Assembly (NCBI GenBank): GCA_013239625.1
Contig: MU054925.1
Coordinates: 5,026,018 to 5,090,017 of the forward strand
From: Lama guanicoe
Taxonomy: Eukaryota
Direction of reading: 5' to 3'
DNA length: 64,000 bases
A model generated the notes under the pieces. It worked only from the letters and a program-made list of their open reading frames with translations, did not search any database and was not told the origin of the DNA. Made by a program: the position numbers and the translations under genes. This document shows, piece after piece, positions 1 through 13,542 of the stretch (the stretch's first letter is position 1; each line of letters opens with the position of its first letter).

Positions 1-1809
1 ACATGTTTTATAGCTCAACAAAGAACGTATTTTTACATGCTGCCCTAGTGAGTCACTTTGCTTCTACTACTTTTAGATTCAAAATTGCTTAAATATATCC
101 CACGGCGGGTCTCTATGTCAGATGCCTCCCAAGTCCTGTTTTTAGGACTGTATTTACAAACATTAAGGTGTTTCAAGACTGGCTTTTAGGCAGATTTTCA
201 GCCAAAGTGTGTTAGTTCAGTGAGTCATTACAGTTAAAGTCCCTGGCTTCATGGGCACATAGTAGGTGTTTCACAGTTACTAACAAGCCTAAATCAACTG
301 AGCTCATGTCTTTGGAATTCAACCTTCTAATTTTTAGAAGAAAAAAATTTTTTTTTGGTTGTGATTTTTGTCTAGTTGGAAAAGAGCAGAATCAGCAAAA
401 TGGCTTTAAGCAAATCCTAATGGCATGGACCTGTTACCCAAGGCTTTACCCAGTACAGGGCCCATAGTGATGCCCACACTTTGTTTGCATTGCTTTGAGT
501 TTCTTCTTCAAAGATCGTATCTGCCTTCTGTCAAAGTTTCAAAGAGACCCATCTAGGGAGCAGAGAGATGCTAATAACAAGGTCTCCCCAGCAGCCTGTG
601 GTTGCGGTGGCCTGGTGGTGATGTCATGGGGATTAAGTCGTGTTATCTGTAATAAGAATAAACTCCCACTGCTGAGTGCAGTAGTGCAGCACCAACCTTG
701 GGCTGGGCACGATGCTCAGGGCTTATTTTAGAGCTGAATGAAAGCAGGCAGTTGTCATGTTCTTTAACTATAATCAGTTGAACAGGATATAGGTAGTCAC
801 CAAATGGAGTTATTTAGAACAGTAACAAAATCACTTCAGAAAGGTCAACAATCTGGAAGTCTCTCTTTCTACAACATCTAGTTAAAGCTGTCTGAGCGTG
901 GAGAAGACAGAGAAGTTTTGTTTTGTAACCTCCTCAGTAGCAGTCGAATCAGGAAAGCTTCTTTGTGAAATGAAAGGCAGGAACCCTGGCCTGGAGGCTG
1001 CCCCAGAGCAACTGAGTTTGGCCCCAACATGTAAAATGGAGCGTTTGAAAATGATCCCAGAAGAATCCTGAGCTGCCAACCATCTGTCTGTCAGGGCAGT
1101 TACCATGACGAAGGGCTCTCACTAGCCAGCTGGTCCAGCCTGGCCTGGTGATCCCACCATAGCCCCTCAGCTTGGGTTGAAAGTTAATTCTGGATATGGT
1201 TATGAGACATTATCTTGGGTAGCATTTCCTGTGGCATTACACTAAGACCCTTGGATGGGGCACAGGGCTGAATTCTAAGCATTTCCTAGGACCTGTTAGA
1301 GTCTGCTGCTAGGCAAAAGGCAAGGTGAGGTGGGTTCAGCTTGGCCCCCATCTGATTCTGGCCCTGTCACTTGTTAGGTGTGTGAACTTTGGCACATTTT
1401 TAGGCTAGCTGAGACTTGGTTTGCTCCTCTGTGAAATGCGGATGATTAGAATATATCTTGTAGGGACATGCTTAGAAGAGTACCTTGCTCAGGTTGCTAA
1501 GTAGATGTCAGTAGATGTTGGCTGTTGTTATCACAGTCCTAAGCCTGTGGATGAAAGTTCCAACATCATCTCTTAATAACCTCAGCATGGCTTCTGAAAG
1601 TGTCTGGTACTGTACTGTAGTAACAAGTGTGAATTTTACACTGCATTATGTATGTCAATGAGCTAAGAAAACCAGGAGGCCTGTCCATCCATCAGCCAGC
1701 TGGGTAAAGCCTGAGTCAATTCCCATTGCATTTAACACCACTCCCATTAATTAATAATGGCAGTGAAAAGCAGACTAATAAATTAAAACAGCAGCTGCAG
1801 CCCTGCCTT

Positions 1810-2035
1810 CTGTTGAATGCTTTCTCTGTACCAGCCGCTGTGCTAAAGGCAATATATGCATAATCACACTTAATCTTCACAACCAACCTACACGGTACCC
1901 ATTGTTCTTACTATTTTACAGATGAGGAAACTGAGGCATGAAGAGGGTTTAAAAAAATTATAAAAAGTGGATGAGTTAGGATTTGAGCTCTGGTCACTGA
2001 TTTCAAAGCTGGCATGTGAATCATTAGGTCACACT
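1810..2035 (-). mobile_element. MIR SINE
   Basis: Core attttacagatgaggaaactgaggc. Confidence 0.85.
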
Positions 2036-4259
2036 GCCAGTCTCTTGTGCTTTTGGGAATAATGTAGCTTAAGAGCACAAAATCCAGCAAAGAACAAAGT
2101 TAGGCCTTCTATTGTAAGGGTCATTGTAAGACTAGCACATTGTATAGTATATTGCAGTATCTTTCCACATACCTGATTATTTAAATTTCAGAACATCTCT
2201 GGGAGTCACTTTGTAAGTGAGAAAATGAAACTTCTGAAGAAGGTTAGCAACCTAAGATTGGACCCTGGGTAAAAAGCAGAACCATCCTTTAAGCCAAGGC
2301 CAGACTGTATCCATGTCTGTAAGACCCCAAGCACATGCATGTTCTACTCAGCTCATGCTGCCTCTTACTGGCTCTGGCCCAAATTCCAGCTGCAGAGACA
2401 AAGTTGGACCATAGGAAAAGAATAAAGCCAATAATAATTCTTGGCAAATCCTAGAAAGCCCTTTCAAGGGCACCTGCGAAATCCCCTGTTGAGGATGCAG
2501 ACTGGCGTGGTAGGTCAGTCGAAGACAATTAGAGTTGTCCATTGTGGTCTGCAGTTGATTCCATGGCTGGGTTAATGTCAGGGCTGTGTCAGTGATGAGC
2601 TTTTCTGTGAGAAGTTTGTTCAGGGCCTTCCCTGAGCCAGATGCCTGACTGGTTTGTGGGCTTCATTTCTGTATGAATAAACACAGGTTCTGCTTGCATC
2701 TGCTGGGAGGAAAAAAGCTGGAGGACAGTGAACAGCACTAGAAATGTCCTGAAAAGGGAGGGGCTTTGGGGACTTGCTGGGAGATTGTGTGACGCTGGTG
2801 TCCTCTTGGGCTTTGCTTCCTATGAATGCCTGTGTGGTGCTGGTCAGGGGCTGGTTTCCATCTAAATTTGGTCTGATGTGGCCAGTTTTCTGCTTGGTGC
2901 CCATAGATGTCCTTTGGTTAGTGAATGTGTGTAATGTCTCTATTTATTGTCCAGAGGAGGAGGCCTTCATATCACATTTTGCAGCTGACCTCTTCAATCT
3001 CAGTTGTGCTATCATCTATTCAAGATTCATGCAATTGGGCAATCATTCATGCATTTAACCTTTTAAAACTGAATACCTTCTTCATGCTGGCTGCTGTGCT
3101 AGGTGCTGGGTATAGGTGTGAAACAGATCCAACCTCAGTCTTGCTGCATGTAACTTTTATTCTAGTGTACATTCCCCCCACAGCATTAAGTATGCTCCAC
3201 ATAAAGCACTGCATTATTTCAGAAAGGGATTCCTATAGGGAGAATTCCTTCCAGTCATTTAGAAGTTCATGGATTACAGTGTTAACATGCCACCTGGCAG
3301 CTGTTATGTAACTCAGGCTGGACTTTTAAGTGTCTCTCCTTTGGGGTGGCAGGAATAGTGGGAAGAGGAGCTGGGCGAGGAGGGTGAAATGTATGTCTTC
3401 TTTGGGATAAGGTGTTTACTCTGTCTAAAAGCTCCTAACTTCTTGATGAAAATTGCCATTCTTAGGGAAAAAGAAAAAAGAAAATTGCCATTCTTTTTTA
3501 CTTTGTAAAGTTTTTGATGGGAAATTAAAATATCTGGAACAATCATAAAACAAAACGTCATTGCAACTGAGTAAAGGCCATAACTGGAATGAGAGCTGTA
3601 CTTTTATCACCAGTGGAAGAAAAAATGTCCATTTTCTTGTTTTATAAACTGCACTGTTTTTAGTAAGAATATACTCATTATTATGGTGGTAGTAGTGGAG
3701 GAGGTGATTACAACTAATGAGCCAGCTGGTTTCCAACAAATTGTCAAAGTACAGGACTTATCTTGGTCCAGACCTGTTTCCTCATGCTTAAAAGAGACAG
3801 AGAATCTTGACATTTCTTAACCCAAAGTGGCCTTTCCTAGCTCTCCTTAACCTAGGAGACACCGACCACATGGAGTCCATTGGGGACCCAGAATTAAGTT
3901 TAAAACAGCATATTCCTTTGTAGTATCCTGGTCCAGGCAAACCATTCTTGTTCAAACCAAAATGTCTGTTTTGTCAAGTTGTAGGGGTGGAGGATGGGAG
4001 GTTTCCTTTCCCCTCTCCATCCCATTACCTTTATTCTCTTTGTTATTCAAGTTCCAAGTGTGATGTGACTCTGTCCCCAGTCTTGGACTTTGCCGTTTTC
4101 CTTGCTTGTCACCATTGTTAGGCCTGCCTTGATTTGTGTTTGTCACTGCTGCACTGGATCGTGGTGTTAGTGACTGTTCACCTTGCTGGTTGGTGCACAG
4201 CATCATTTGTTTTTCATGTTTTCCCATTTAGTAAAGCTCCTTTCCATTTTGTCCTATAG

Positions 4260-4335
4260 AATTACCCTTTATGACTATCAAGCCATGTGCAGGGCCAACA
4301 AGGAGAGCAGTGATGGCGCCCATGGCCTACTGGAT
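4260..4335 (+). CDS. CACNA2D3: CACNA2D3 internal coding exon (~exon 32), 76 bp: (R)ITLYDYQAMCRANKESSDGAHGLLD
   Basis: Polypyrimidine tract with TAG acceptor (AG 4258-4259) and GTAAGT donor at 4336. Translation matches the recalled alpha2delta-3 sequence. The upstream exon was not found in the window. Confidence 0.96.
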
Positions 4336-6007
4336 GTAAGTACAGTGCAATCTCTCAGAAAACAGCTTCATGTTTCTTCTGTCTGTCCCTGTGTATGAAC
4401 GTATCTTTTTCTTTAGAGTCATCAAGTTATCTGTTTAAATATTCAAAACTGTGAATATTTAAATGTATTTCTTGACTTTACTGGTTAAGAAAAGTCACTT
4501 CTGTTTAAACCCAAGCACAGTGATTATGTGAATGACTGAAATCTGATGGATTAATGCAGCAGCCCCCTTTTGATGTATAGAAAAGGGAAGAAGTTTTATC
4601 AGTTCTCTTATTCTCATATAAAAGAGAATTTGATTCAACAGAATCTTCCTGTTACCTGTGAACAAATTCACATTTTGATCAGATTCTTTAATCATGCTGC
4701 TGCTTTTAACATCATTTTCCTTGGATCTGATTCCATCCATGATATCATAGTTGAGGATCAATCAGTGTAGCTTTGTATCTTTAGAAACTGGATTTCGGAT
4801 CACTAGAAATTAACTGTTACAATTTACCCTCAGTTAAAGAATGTAGTTTACAGTGTGCAAGCATTGTAAGTTTAGCCACCAGTAACTAAACACAGAAAAA
4901 ACAAATATAGATACTTCAACATAGCCTTATATATGTGTATAAATATAACCATTACATGTTATCATTTTGTAAATTGCAAAAATCAACCTAAAATTTGGTT
5001 TGAAACACAAAATTTAAGAGCCATTTTGGTTTTAAAATATAAATATACACCTTCTTATTTGCAGATGTAAAATCTTGCAAAAGGATTATTTAAAATCCAA
5101 ATATTTCACATGATTCTCCTACACTGAGGGAGCAAGAAATGATTTGGAGCTGGAACATTTCTGAGAGGCAACTAGGATCTAAAAAATTGGACATTTTGAA
5201 AAATACCTCTTTTTGGTGAGAATTAACATATCTTTCCAAACCCAATTTCTCTAACCTTAACATGAATATTTCTAGACTTAAAATGTTCCCAAGGTATGTT
5301 TTTATCATTAGGCTTAAAAGCTCAATGGCTTTATCCTTCTGAATGCTAATGTGCATTTAAATTTTTTAATCCCATGTTTGCATAATCCCTTTGTTTACCC
5401 TGCTTTGAGCCAGCATCTGGCAAGGAATGCTTGAGTACCCTTCCCAGGCCTCAGGGTGAGTTGCCCTTATACCTCCCCCTCCTCACCTCCAAAGCCTCGT
5501 TAATCCCTTTATATATTCTCTCCTACTCTGTGAAGGGCCACTGAAATGGTACTACACATCCAGGCAAGTACAAAGACACAGAACTGTCCTAAGGTCTGAT
5601 CACCCTGGTATTTTAAAAACAAAGGTGATTATTTTTCAAGCCATAAGAATAGTGATGGCAGAACCACGGGACTGTCTGGATGGATTTGATTTTAGGAAAT
5701 AGTTAAGAGTTCACATCCTTATCTGACCCTAATCCTGAAAGCCCTGTGATTCAAGGAATGACAGGACACACTTAACCAGAGCAGGAGATCCAGTCTGAAA
5801 TCTAGGTGGACTAGGAGTAACCCCAGTGGATTGTTGTTGTTATTCTGTTCATTTGCTTGCTGGCTTGAAATAGGGAAGTTTCAAGAATGGTCACAGGTGT
5901 ATAAATTGGTTCTTCTTTTATTTGAAACTGGATAATTTCCCCATTCCTAGTTCTAGTCTTTATCATCAAAATGCTGGGAAGGTAGATTTTAACATCCATC
6001 CCATCAC

Positions 6008-6203
6008 AAATGGTTACCAGGGAGTAAAGAGGGTGGGAAGGGATAAATTGGGAATTTGAAAATTGTACCTCTTGGGGGAGTGATGAGGATGTTAGCTATC
6101 TTGATTGTGGTGGTGGTTTCATGGGTGTATACATCTGTCAAAATTCATCAAATTGTGCATCTGGAATGTGTGTAATTTACTGTGCAGGAACCATACCATA
6201 ATA
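6008..6203 (+). mobile_element. L1 3'-end fragments (lineage-specific piece joined to an older L1MB/MC-like end), followed by Ns
   Basis: ggttaccagg...gggtgggaagggataaattggga, then tatcttgattgtggtggtggtttcatgggtgtatacatctgtcaaaattcatcaaattgt. Confidence 0.8.
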
Positions 6204-7411
6204 NNNNNNNNNNNNNNNNNNNNNNNNNNNNNNNNNNNNNNNNNNNNNNNNNNNNNNNNNNNNNNNNNNNNNNNNNNNNNNNNNNNNNNNNNNNNNNNNN
6301 NNNNNNNNNNNNNNNNNNNNNNNNNNNNNNNNNNNNNNNNNNNNNNNNNNNNNNNNNNNNNNNNNNNNNNNNNNNNNNNNNNNNNNNNNNNNNNNNNNNN
6401 NNNNNNNNNNNNNNNNNNNNNNNNNNNNNNNNNNNNNNNNNNNNNNNNNNNNNNNNNNNNNNNNNNNNNNNNNNNNNNNNNNNNNNNNNNNNNNNNNNNN
6501 NNNNNNNNNNNNNNNNNNNNNNNNNNNNNNNNNNNNTCAATTCCCTGCTACCTAAAGGCAACCACAAAAGGTTCTGAGATTTTTCTGGACCCACAACTTG
6601 GGGCCCAGGCTTTGCCAATGTCATTGCCTGTCTGTCAGGTCCACCCACCACTCACGTATCTGGCATACTTAGGTACAAAGAACTGACTGAGGGGGAGACT
6701 TGGTATTTTCCAGAATTCAGGAAATTGAATTATCCACATAGGAAATATCACAGAGTAAACAATCCCATTGCTTTTTTTTAATTAGAATATTCTGAAATAA
6801 AGATTAGGCTGTCAATGCCTTCTTTTATAGAGTGAAGGGGATTTTCTGCAAGGATAAAATCGTATGTTTATATGGTTATCATTTTTTCAAGTCCGAATGT
6901 GTAAGTGTGAGAAAAGGCAGCCTAAGTCCTACATAATTCATGGGTGGCATTAAAATCAAGTATGCAATTTTTGAGTATTTCAGTGAATGACGTACAGAGA
7001 TGGAAAACGGGAATCGCCTTTCCGAGAGGCAGCCCTGTGAATTACCATTTGAAATTAGTTATATGATTCCAGCCCCTCAGCATTAGGCTGCAAAATATTA
7101 GCCCCCAGAGGGTAACGGTTTAAGCATCGTTTACTGAACTTCCTTTTTCCTCCCAGAGATAACCCCTGTATTAGATCATGTTTATTTTACTTGTAAATCA
7201 CATCTCACTACAAGGGAGTTCAAAGTTGTAGAATGTTAGTTTTGGGATACAGTATCCAACCATTTTTGTCTTTTAGCTAGAGCTTCACTGTTTTTTGACA
7301 TGATATCAATCTCTCTAAAAGAATAACATTGTCTTTATGTAAAGCTTTAGGTTAAACTACTAATTTTGTGTGTGATACATTGTTTCTAATGAATGAAATT
7401 CTTCTCTTCAG

Positions 7412-7464
7412 CCTTATAATGCCTTCCTTGCTGCAGTAAAATGGATAATGACAGAACTCGTCTT
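7412..7464 (+). CDS. CACNA2D3: CACNA2D3 coding exon (~33), 53 bp: PYNAFLAAVKWIMTELV(L)
   Basis: cttctcttcag acceptor and GTAAGT donor at 7465. Phase 0 start fits the previous exon; it ends in phase 2 (TT|G). Too short for the ORF track. Confidence 0.95.
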
Positions 7465-8498
7465 GTAAGTACAGTTTGCTGCATTTTAAAAAAATATTAT
7501 TGCTTTTCTTTTTGTGTTATAAAGTGAATTGGGAAACTTGCTTTGTGTTTTCAATAACCATTAGATGATTCATAATGCTCTGAGATAACTTCACTGAACA
7601 TCTCGAAATACTGAATGCTGAGTCCAAAAAATTATCTTTCATTAAGTTATTCGTGGTCACTGCATATGCCTTTATGTCACTGTTTAGCAGATGAACAGCT
7701 TGCAATACACAAACCAAATTTATTTATTATGGTTACTGTTAAATTTAACGTAGATGTCTGGCTGTTTTTAATGCAGCCTGGGTGGGCTGTGGTCAGAAGA
7801 ACAAATTGCCAGGGCCGTCCACTGTGCTACGTTGGATGTCTTGGCATGTGCAGGCATGGGGGCCTGTGCAGTCATGGGTCAGGGGCTTTCTCAGGTGTGA
7901 TTTAATTGTTTACCCTGTCAAATTACAGTCCTGCTGGATGCATCTGTGACTTAGGTCAGACTTGAAATGGCACAAAGATGAAAGGCTTGACTTCCAGATG
8001 AGATATTGGACACATTACAGAAACACTGTGTCACACAGAAGGGAGGAATTCCATGGACCAGCATGGAAGCCAGATCGTTCAAGCTGCACCAAACTCTCTT
8101 ATTCTTATTTTCCCTACTAAGTTTCTAGTTTTGTGGATTTAAGGCAGAGGTCCTCCTATTTGATGAAGAAACATTGCCTTCTTTATTGCTTTAATGTAAC
8201 CTATATTAACTTAGCAAAGTTATAACATCAGGTGGGGAGTAAGTTCTACATGTATGTAAGAGACAGAAAATACAGATAATAGTGGGATTTTGATTGTGAG
8301 CTGCTAGAGATAGTAGTCATGAGCCTGAGAAGGAAATGACTGAATTTTGATATAGCTCCATTCATTTGTAGGATGATTTATGTTACTTTTGCATCTTTCA
8401 CTAGCAACTGAGAAATTATGATTTTTATGGAGTTGCATTGTGACATAATTTCATAGAAAGTAGTTTGTCCCAACTGTCTCCACCACCCTGCCCTACAG

Positions 8499-8518
8499 AC
8501 ACACACACACACACACAC
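8499..8518. repeat. (AC)n microsatellite, ~10 units
   Basis: Directly visible. Confidence 0.9.
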
Positions 8519-8939
8519 CACTGAATATGTGTGTGTTGCAATATAAATTTTGAAAGCATCCTTTATACTGCAGATCGTAGTCTAGGTAGAGAAAATTTTT
8601 TGTATTTCTGAACCAAGGCAGGGGATGCCGTTTAAATGTTGACATTTTGCTATGGACTCAGACTATAACTAGAAAATAAAAATAACCTATAAAGCAGGAT
8701 ATTTCTCAACAGAGTCCCCTAGTATAGGTCAGCCTGATTTCAGAGTTTGGCTGGTATTGGTGATAAAATAGTCTTTCACAAGTTTAATAAAACCTAGTGA
8801 AAATTCAGTGGTTGCTATCTCCAGATTATGATGTTATTCTTTAAAATGAGGTGAGTGACGCTGAGTAACATAGAATGTCAGTCTTCCAGTCAGGGTGTTG
8901 GTAACCAAGTAACATTGGGTTTTTCCATCACCTGTTTAG

Positions 8940-8995
8940 GTTCCTGGTGGAATTTAACCTCTGCAGTTGGTGGCACTCAGATATGACAGCTAAAG
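8940..8995 (+). CDS. CACNA2D3: CACNA2D3 coding exon (~34), 56 bp: (L)FLVEFNLCSWWHSDMTAK(A)
   Basis: tttag acceptor (AG 8938-8939) and G|GTAAGC donor at 8996. Phases match both neighbours. Confidence 0.96.
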
Positions 8996-10513
8996 GTAAG
9001 CAGCAACTGGCTTCTCTCTCCCAGCTCAGAGTGACAAACCTGGGGTACACCGGCTACTTTCCATCAGGGATGTGCTTGCATGAAACTACGCATGACAAAA
9101 TGATGATTTTTCCTCTCTGTCAGCAAAAGGAATCCTTTGTGCTAAGGGCAGCGCTGTTCAGTCTGACAAAAATTCCACAGGTTTCTTTCAGCCTATGTTG
9201 AATGTACACTTTGACCTGTTTCCTTAATTAAGGCTTTGAGGTGATACACTGCACAGGTGAATCTTCAAAAGTTAGTGGGCAGTGCTGAGATCTAAGGATC
9301 ACAGACAGGTTGCCTATTTCAGGCTAAATGAAGGGATAACCATTACCTTTTTGCTGTTACCTTCATGAGATATAAATCTGATCATATTACTTTCCCTGCT
9401 CAAAAATCATCCATGGCCTGAGCAGTAATTAGTAGAAACTATTAGAGGCCTGAGTTGTAGAGTTAGATAAGTTTGGATATGAGTTCTGGCTCTGAGGTTG
9501 GCCTTTACCAAGTTAGCTGATCTCTTCAAGGCTTCGGTTTCCCCACAGTTAGCAAAATAGAGAAAATAACAAATAATATTTATCTCGTATCATTTGTGTG
9601 TATGTATGCATTTAATGGTAAGATAAATCATGATATGTGCTGAGCACAGATATAGTAAGCCCTCAAAAATGGTAGCTGTAATTAATTAATGATAATGGTG
9701 ATGATGATGTTACCCATGACGGTGATGAATAGTCGCGTCCCCATTCCATCTAAAACCAATGCTCCTTAGTGTGGGCTGTCTCCCAGCCATCTGACCTGCC
9801 TGTTCAGTCTCTTGTTTCTTAGATATACTCTGTTCATTCTTTCCTTTGTGTATTCATTTATGTCTGTTTTTTAATTTCGATGCCAGGGACCAGCAGACAG
9901 CTACCGTTATTATTTTTAATTAGTAGGGTGGACTAGTGACAAATCAGCATTCCCCCACAGGCTGGATATATTTCAGTCTTATTTCCTCTCCCTTGCTTAC
10001 AACCCCAGGTGTCGACGAATCTGTCAATTCTCCCAGAAGAATAAGCAACATTTCCTTCCCGCCTCTGTCCCAGTCAGCTCACACGTTTTCCCAGCTCGTC
10101 CACACCATTATTGCTTCAGTTTGTTTGTGTGTTTTACACTAAACTAGAATTTCTTGATGGCAGGAGCCATGCCTTAACAACTGTTATCCCTTAGCACCAA
10201 ACTGATGCTTGGTGCATAGTAGGTGCTAAGTCTTTGCTTGTTGAATACTCTAATAAATCTTCCTTGTGCCAGGTATAACCATTTCAGTCACTGTCATCAT
10301 TTTGTAACTAACAAATAGGCCCAATTTGCCTAAATTTGGGAATTCATTAATTTCTTGTTAGAGTATGAGATGGAGTAATATCTTCAGAAAGATCTACAAA
10401 TACCTGCACTTGCATGGAGTAGCTCTGCTGACAGTGAGCTGGACCAAGGATGTTCAGAGTTGGTTCCATCCTGGGAAGCTGACAGCCCAGCATCCCAGGA
10501 CCCAAGTGCTCTG

Positions 10514-10518
<5 letters not shown>

Positions 10519-10555
<37 letters not shown>
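10519..10555. repeat. (CA)n microsatellite, ~18 units
   Basis: Directly visible. Confidence 0.97.
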
Positions 10556-10558
<3 letters not shown>

Positions 10559-10805
10559 TCCTGGTGACCTTCAGGGTGTGGGCTTGATCCTTGTCATCTT
10601 CCTCCTGTGTTGGTACCAGCTTTAAATGGCAGTGAGTGCCCTTAATCCTACTTCTAGAAACACAGCCTAAGGAAATAAACTGAGAGTGGAACAAAGGATT
10701 CTATGACAGGATGATCTACACTATGGAATTTATGATTGTAGGTACTGGGAACTCTTTAAATGATGAACAAAATTCATTTATTTAAAAATAAGTTACAGCA
10801 TAAAG

Positions 10806-11200
10806 ATGGCCAACAGACATGTGAAAAGATGTTCATTGTCACTAAATATTAGAGAAATGCAAGTCAAAACCACAACAAGTTATTGTCTCACACCAGTCAG
10901 AATGGCTTTTGTCAAGAAGTCTACAAATGATAAATGCAGGGGNNNNNNNNNNNNNNNNNNNNNNNNNNNNNNNNNNNNNNNNNNNNNNNNNNNNNNNNNN
11001 NNNNNNNNNNNNNNNNNNNNNNNNNNNNNNNNNNNNNNNNNNNNNNNNNNNNNNNNNNNNNNNNNNNNNNNNNNNNNNNNNNNCAAAGTCTAATTATAAA
11101 AGATACATGCACATTGGTTCATAGGAGCACCATTTATGACGACTAGTCATGGAAACAACACAGGTGCCCATCAACAGATGGTTGGCTTGAGAAGATATGG

Positions 11201-11237
<37 letters not shown>

Positions 11238-11575
11238 ATATATATATGGAGAGAATATATATAGAGATAACAGATGTGCATATACCATAGAAAATATGAT
11301 ATTTTATATAGATCTATATCTTCTATGGTATATATAAATACACACACATACACACGTAATGGAATATTACTCAGCCATAAAAAGGAACAAAATATTGCCA
11401 TTTGCAGCAACATGGATGGACCTAGAGAATATTATACTTAGTGAAGTAAGTCAGACAGAGAAAGACAAATACCATGATATCAGTTATATGTGAAATTTAA
11501 AATATGATATAGGTGAATCTATATACAAAAGAAAACTAGACTTGCAGACAGAAAACAAACTTATGTTACAAAAAA
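10806..11575 (+). mobile_element. L1 ORF2 C-terminus and 3' UTR fragment with internal (TA)n(GA)n
   Basis: ORF MANRHVKRCSLSLNIREMQVKTTTSYCLTPVRMAFVKKS resembles L1 ORF2p. Also aatggaatattactcagccataaaaagga and gcagcaacatggatggacctagaga. Confidence 0.92.
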
Positions 11576-11751
11576 TACAGCCCATTCACAGAAAGGCACA
11601 GAAAACTTTAACATGATCAAAAATGCTTATTAAATTTAGTAATGTTTCATTTTATTTAATATTTAGTATATTTAGTAATACAAAGAAAAAATATACAAAA
11701 CTGTAAAGACCCATCAAAAGCCACCAGTGGTTGGGGAGAGGGAGGATGTAG

Positions 11752-11826
11752 AGTCAGAAGTGGGGAGTCAATAAGCAGAGACCAAATAAACAGTCAGAAG
11801 TGGGAAGTCAATAAGCAGAGACCAAA
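11752..11826. repeat. Tandem duplication: two 35-bp copies at 40-bp period, 1 mismatch
   Basis: agtcagaagtggg(g/a)agtcaataagcagagaccaaa at 11752-11786 and 11792-11826. Confidence 0.92.
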
Positions 11827-12767
11827 ATATGAATTAGCAAGAGAAAATTCTCATATACCCCAAAGAAAATTTTACCTAGAACATGAACCTGCTTTTGTTT
11901 AAAATGTGTATGAATTGAAAAAAGAGAGATGAGAAGATACCTACTAAATAGGTGCTTGTTATCTTTTTCTAGTCACTTTTCTTATTTGGTGAGCACGTCC
12001 ACAATTTTACTATTATGAGTGGGAAGAGAGACATGAGATTAAAAGAGTAGAGGCCAAGAGAACGGATGGCAAGTTAGTTAGATAGCATCTCTCTCTGCAG
12101 CACCAGAGCCTGAGGACAAATTACCACTTCTTCCCAGGCAAGCTCTGAGCTCTGGGAGGTTGGAGTGGCTGTTTTGCCTAGAAGTTAAGTGTCCTGGCCT
12201 TGGCGGCAGGCAGCCTTACTATGCCACTTGCTAGCTGTGTAGTTCTAGACAATAGTCATTTGTTCCTTCTGGGCTTTGGTTTCCTTATTTGTCAACAGAT
12301 AACAATAGACATAATGTGGCTGTGAGCAGTGGATTAAACCATGCATGCAAAGTGCGCCTGCAAGACAGGGCACAGAGCAAGTCTCCACGCTTGGTGGGCA
12401 GGGCTCATGTTTTGAGTGGCACCGGCTCTTCTGGCTAAGATCTCTAGCTCTTTCTGAGGCAAATGCTCAGTGCTGGGGCAGCAGGCTGGTGGTCTTCAGT
12501 GGTTCACTTTTTGACATCCCTCTCATTCCTCTTCATACCCACGTGCCTGCCCACCCCTGGCTGAGGGGTTTTGGTGGTGATCATGAGGGTGCCCTCCCTT
12601 CATGCCAGCCTTCATTGCTGCTTCCTCTATTTTCACCTTGGCCTGCTTCCCTTCCCTAGGACCTGCTACCACAGGCATCTGCCCACACTCTTGTTCTGAT
12701 CCTTGACATGCACAATTAGTTGTTAGAGTTTGTGTTGAGTGCCAGCCCCGGTGATCTCCGCTTAGAC

Positions 12768-12984
12768 CAGTGGTTTTCAACCTGGGAGTGGTTTTGCCTC
12801 AGGGGTCATTGCAGTATCTGGAGACATTTTGGATTGTCACANNNNNNNNNNNNNNNNNNNNNNNNNNNNNNNNNNNNNNNNNNNNNNNNNNNNNNNNNNN
12901 NNNNNNNNNNNNNNNNNNNNNNNNNNNNNNNNNNNNNNNNNNNNNNNNNNNNNNNNNNNNNNNNNNNNNNNNNNNNNNACCCTG
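12768..12984 (+). mobile_element. MER20 (hAT-Charlie MITE), interior masked by Ns
   Basis: cagtggttttcaacctggg...tctggagacattttggattgtcaca ... accctg. The 8-bp flanks gcttagac and gtgtagac match at 6/8. Confidence 0.85.
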
Positions 12985-13530
12985 GTGTAGACCAGGGGGT
13001 GTAGGTTAGGAGAGATGAATAAAGAAGAGGGATATGGTCTTTGCACTCATGACAGTTACAGAAACTTGTGAAGGTTCCCATTCTGAAATTTCATATCCCC
13101 ATCTTCCCCACTCCATTTTAGCTAAGAGGAATGATGTGATATTTCAGATCTCTGTTTTGTGTCTTAGGAAGCTTTTTAAACAAACCTAATAGATGATTCC
13201 AAATCCTCTATTTGGACAGACTGTAGAAAGGTCTTGTCAAATAGTTACATCATCTGCACATAGTGTGCCAATATATGGTGCTTTTCCCTTTCCAGAGTAC
13301 TGGCGGTAGGTTATCTTCAGATCTCTTCAACGCACCTGAGGGATGGGGATTGATAGAATTTGTCACTAAGCCTCTCTGAGGCACCTGTGTCAGACAGCTA
13401 GTAGATACTGGACTAAACCCTAAGCCAAGACCAGCCACCTCTGCTGGGAGACGGCGAGAGACACAGCTGGCCTTCTGTGAGCCTGTGTTGAGCAGGCTGC
13501 TGCACGTGGGTTGTCTCATTCAGACCTACA

Positions 13531-13542
13531 GCCCTCTGCTGG
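13531..13542 (-). promoter_or_regulatory. Candidate CTCF motif
   Basis: The reverse complement CCAGCAGAGGGC matches the CTCF core consensus. Motif match only. Confidence 0.3.

Noticed and set aside
1-4259. LRTM1 (recalled as nested antisense in a CACNA2D3 intron) or the preceding CACNA2D3 exon
   Set aside because: No leucine-rich-repeat ORF and no TGDFFGEIEG-like exon were seen. Both probably lie upstream of the window.
6105-6686. Long ORFs spanning X residues (also near 10.9, 12.8, 13.7, 29.3 and 61.6 kb)
   Set aside because: They are open only because N-runs contain no stop codons.
10347-10694. ORFs with HTHT or CVCV runs
   Set aside because: They are translations of the (CA)n microsatellite.
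11752-11826. 35-bp direct repeats as a CRISPR-like array
   Set aside because: Only two copies with a 5-nt spacer in mammalian DNA; an ordinary tandem duplication.
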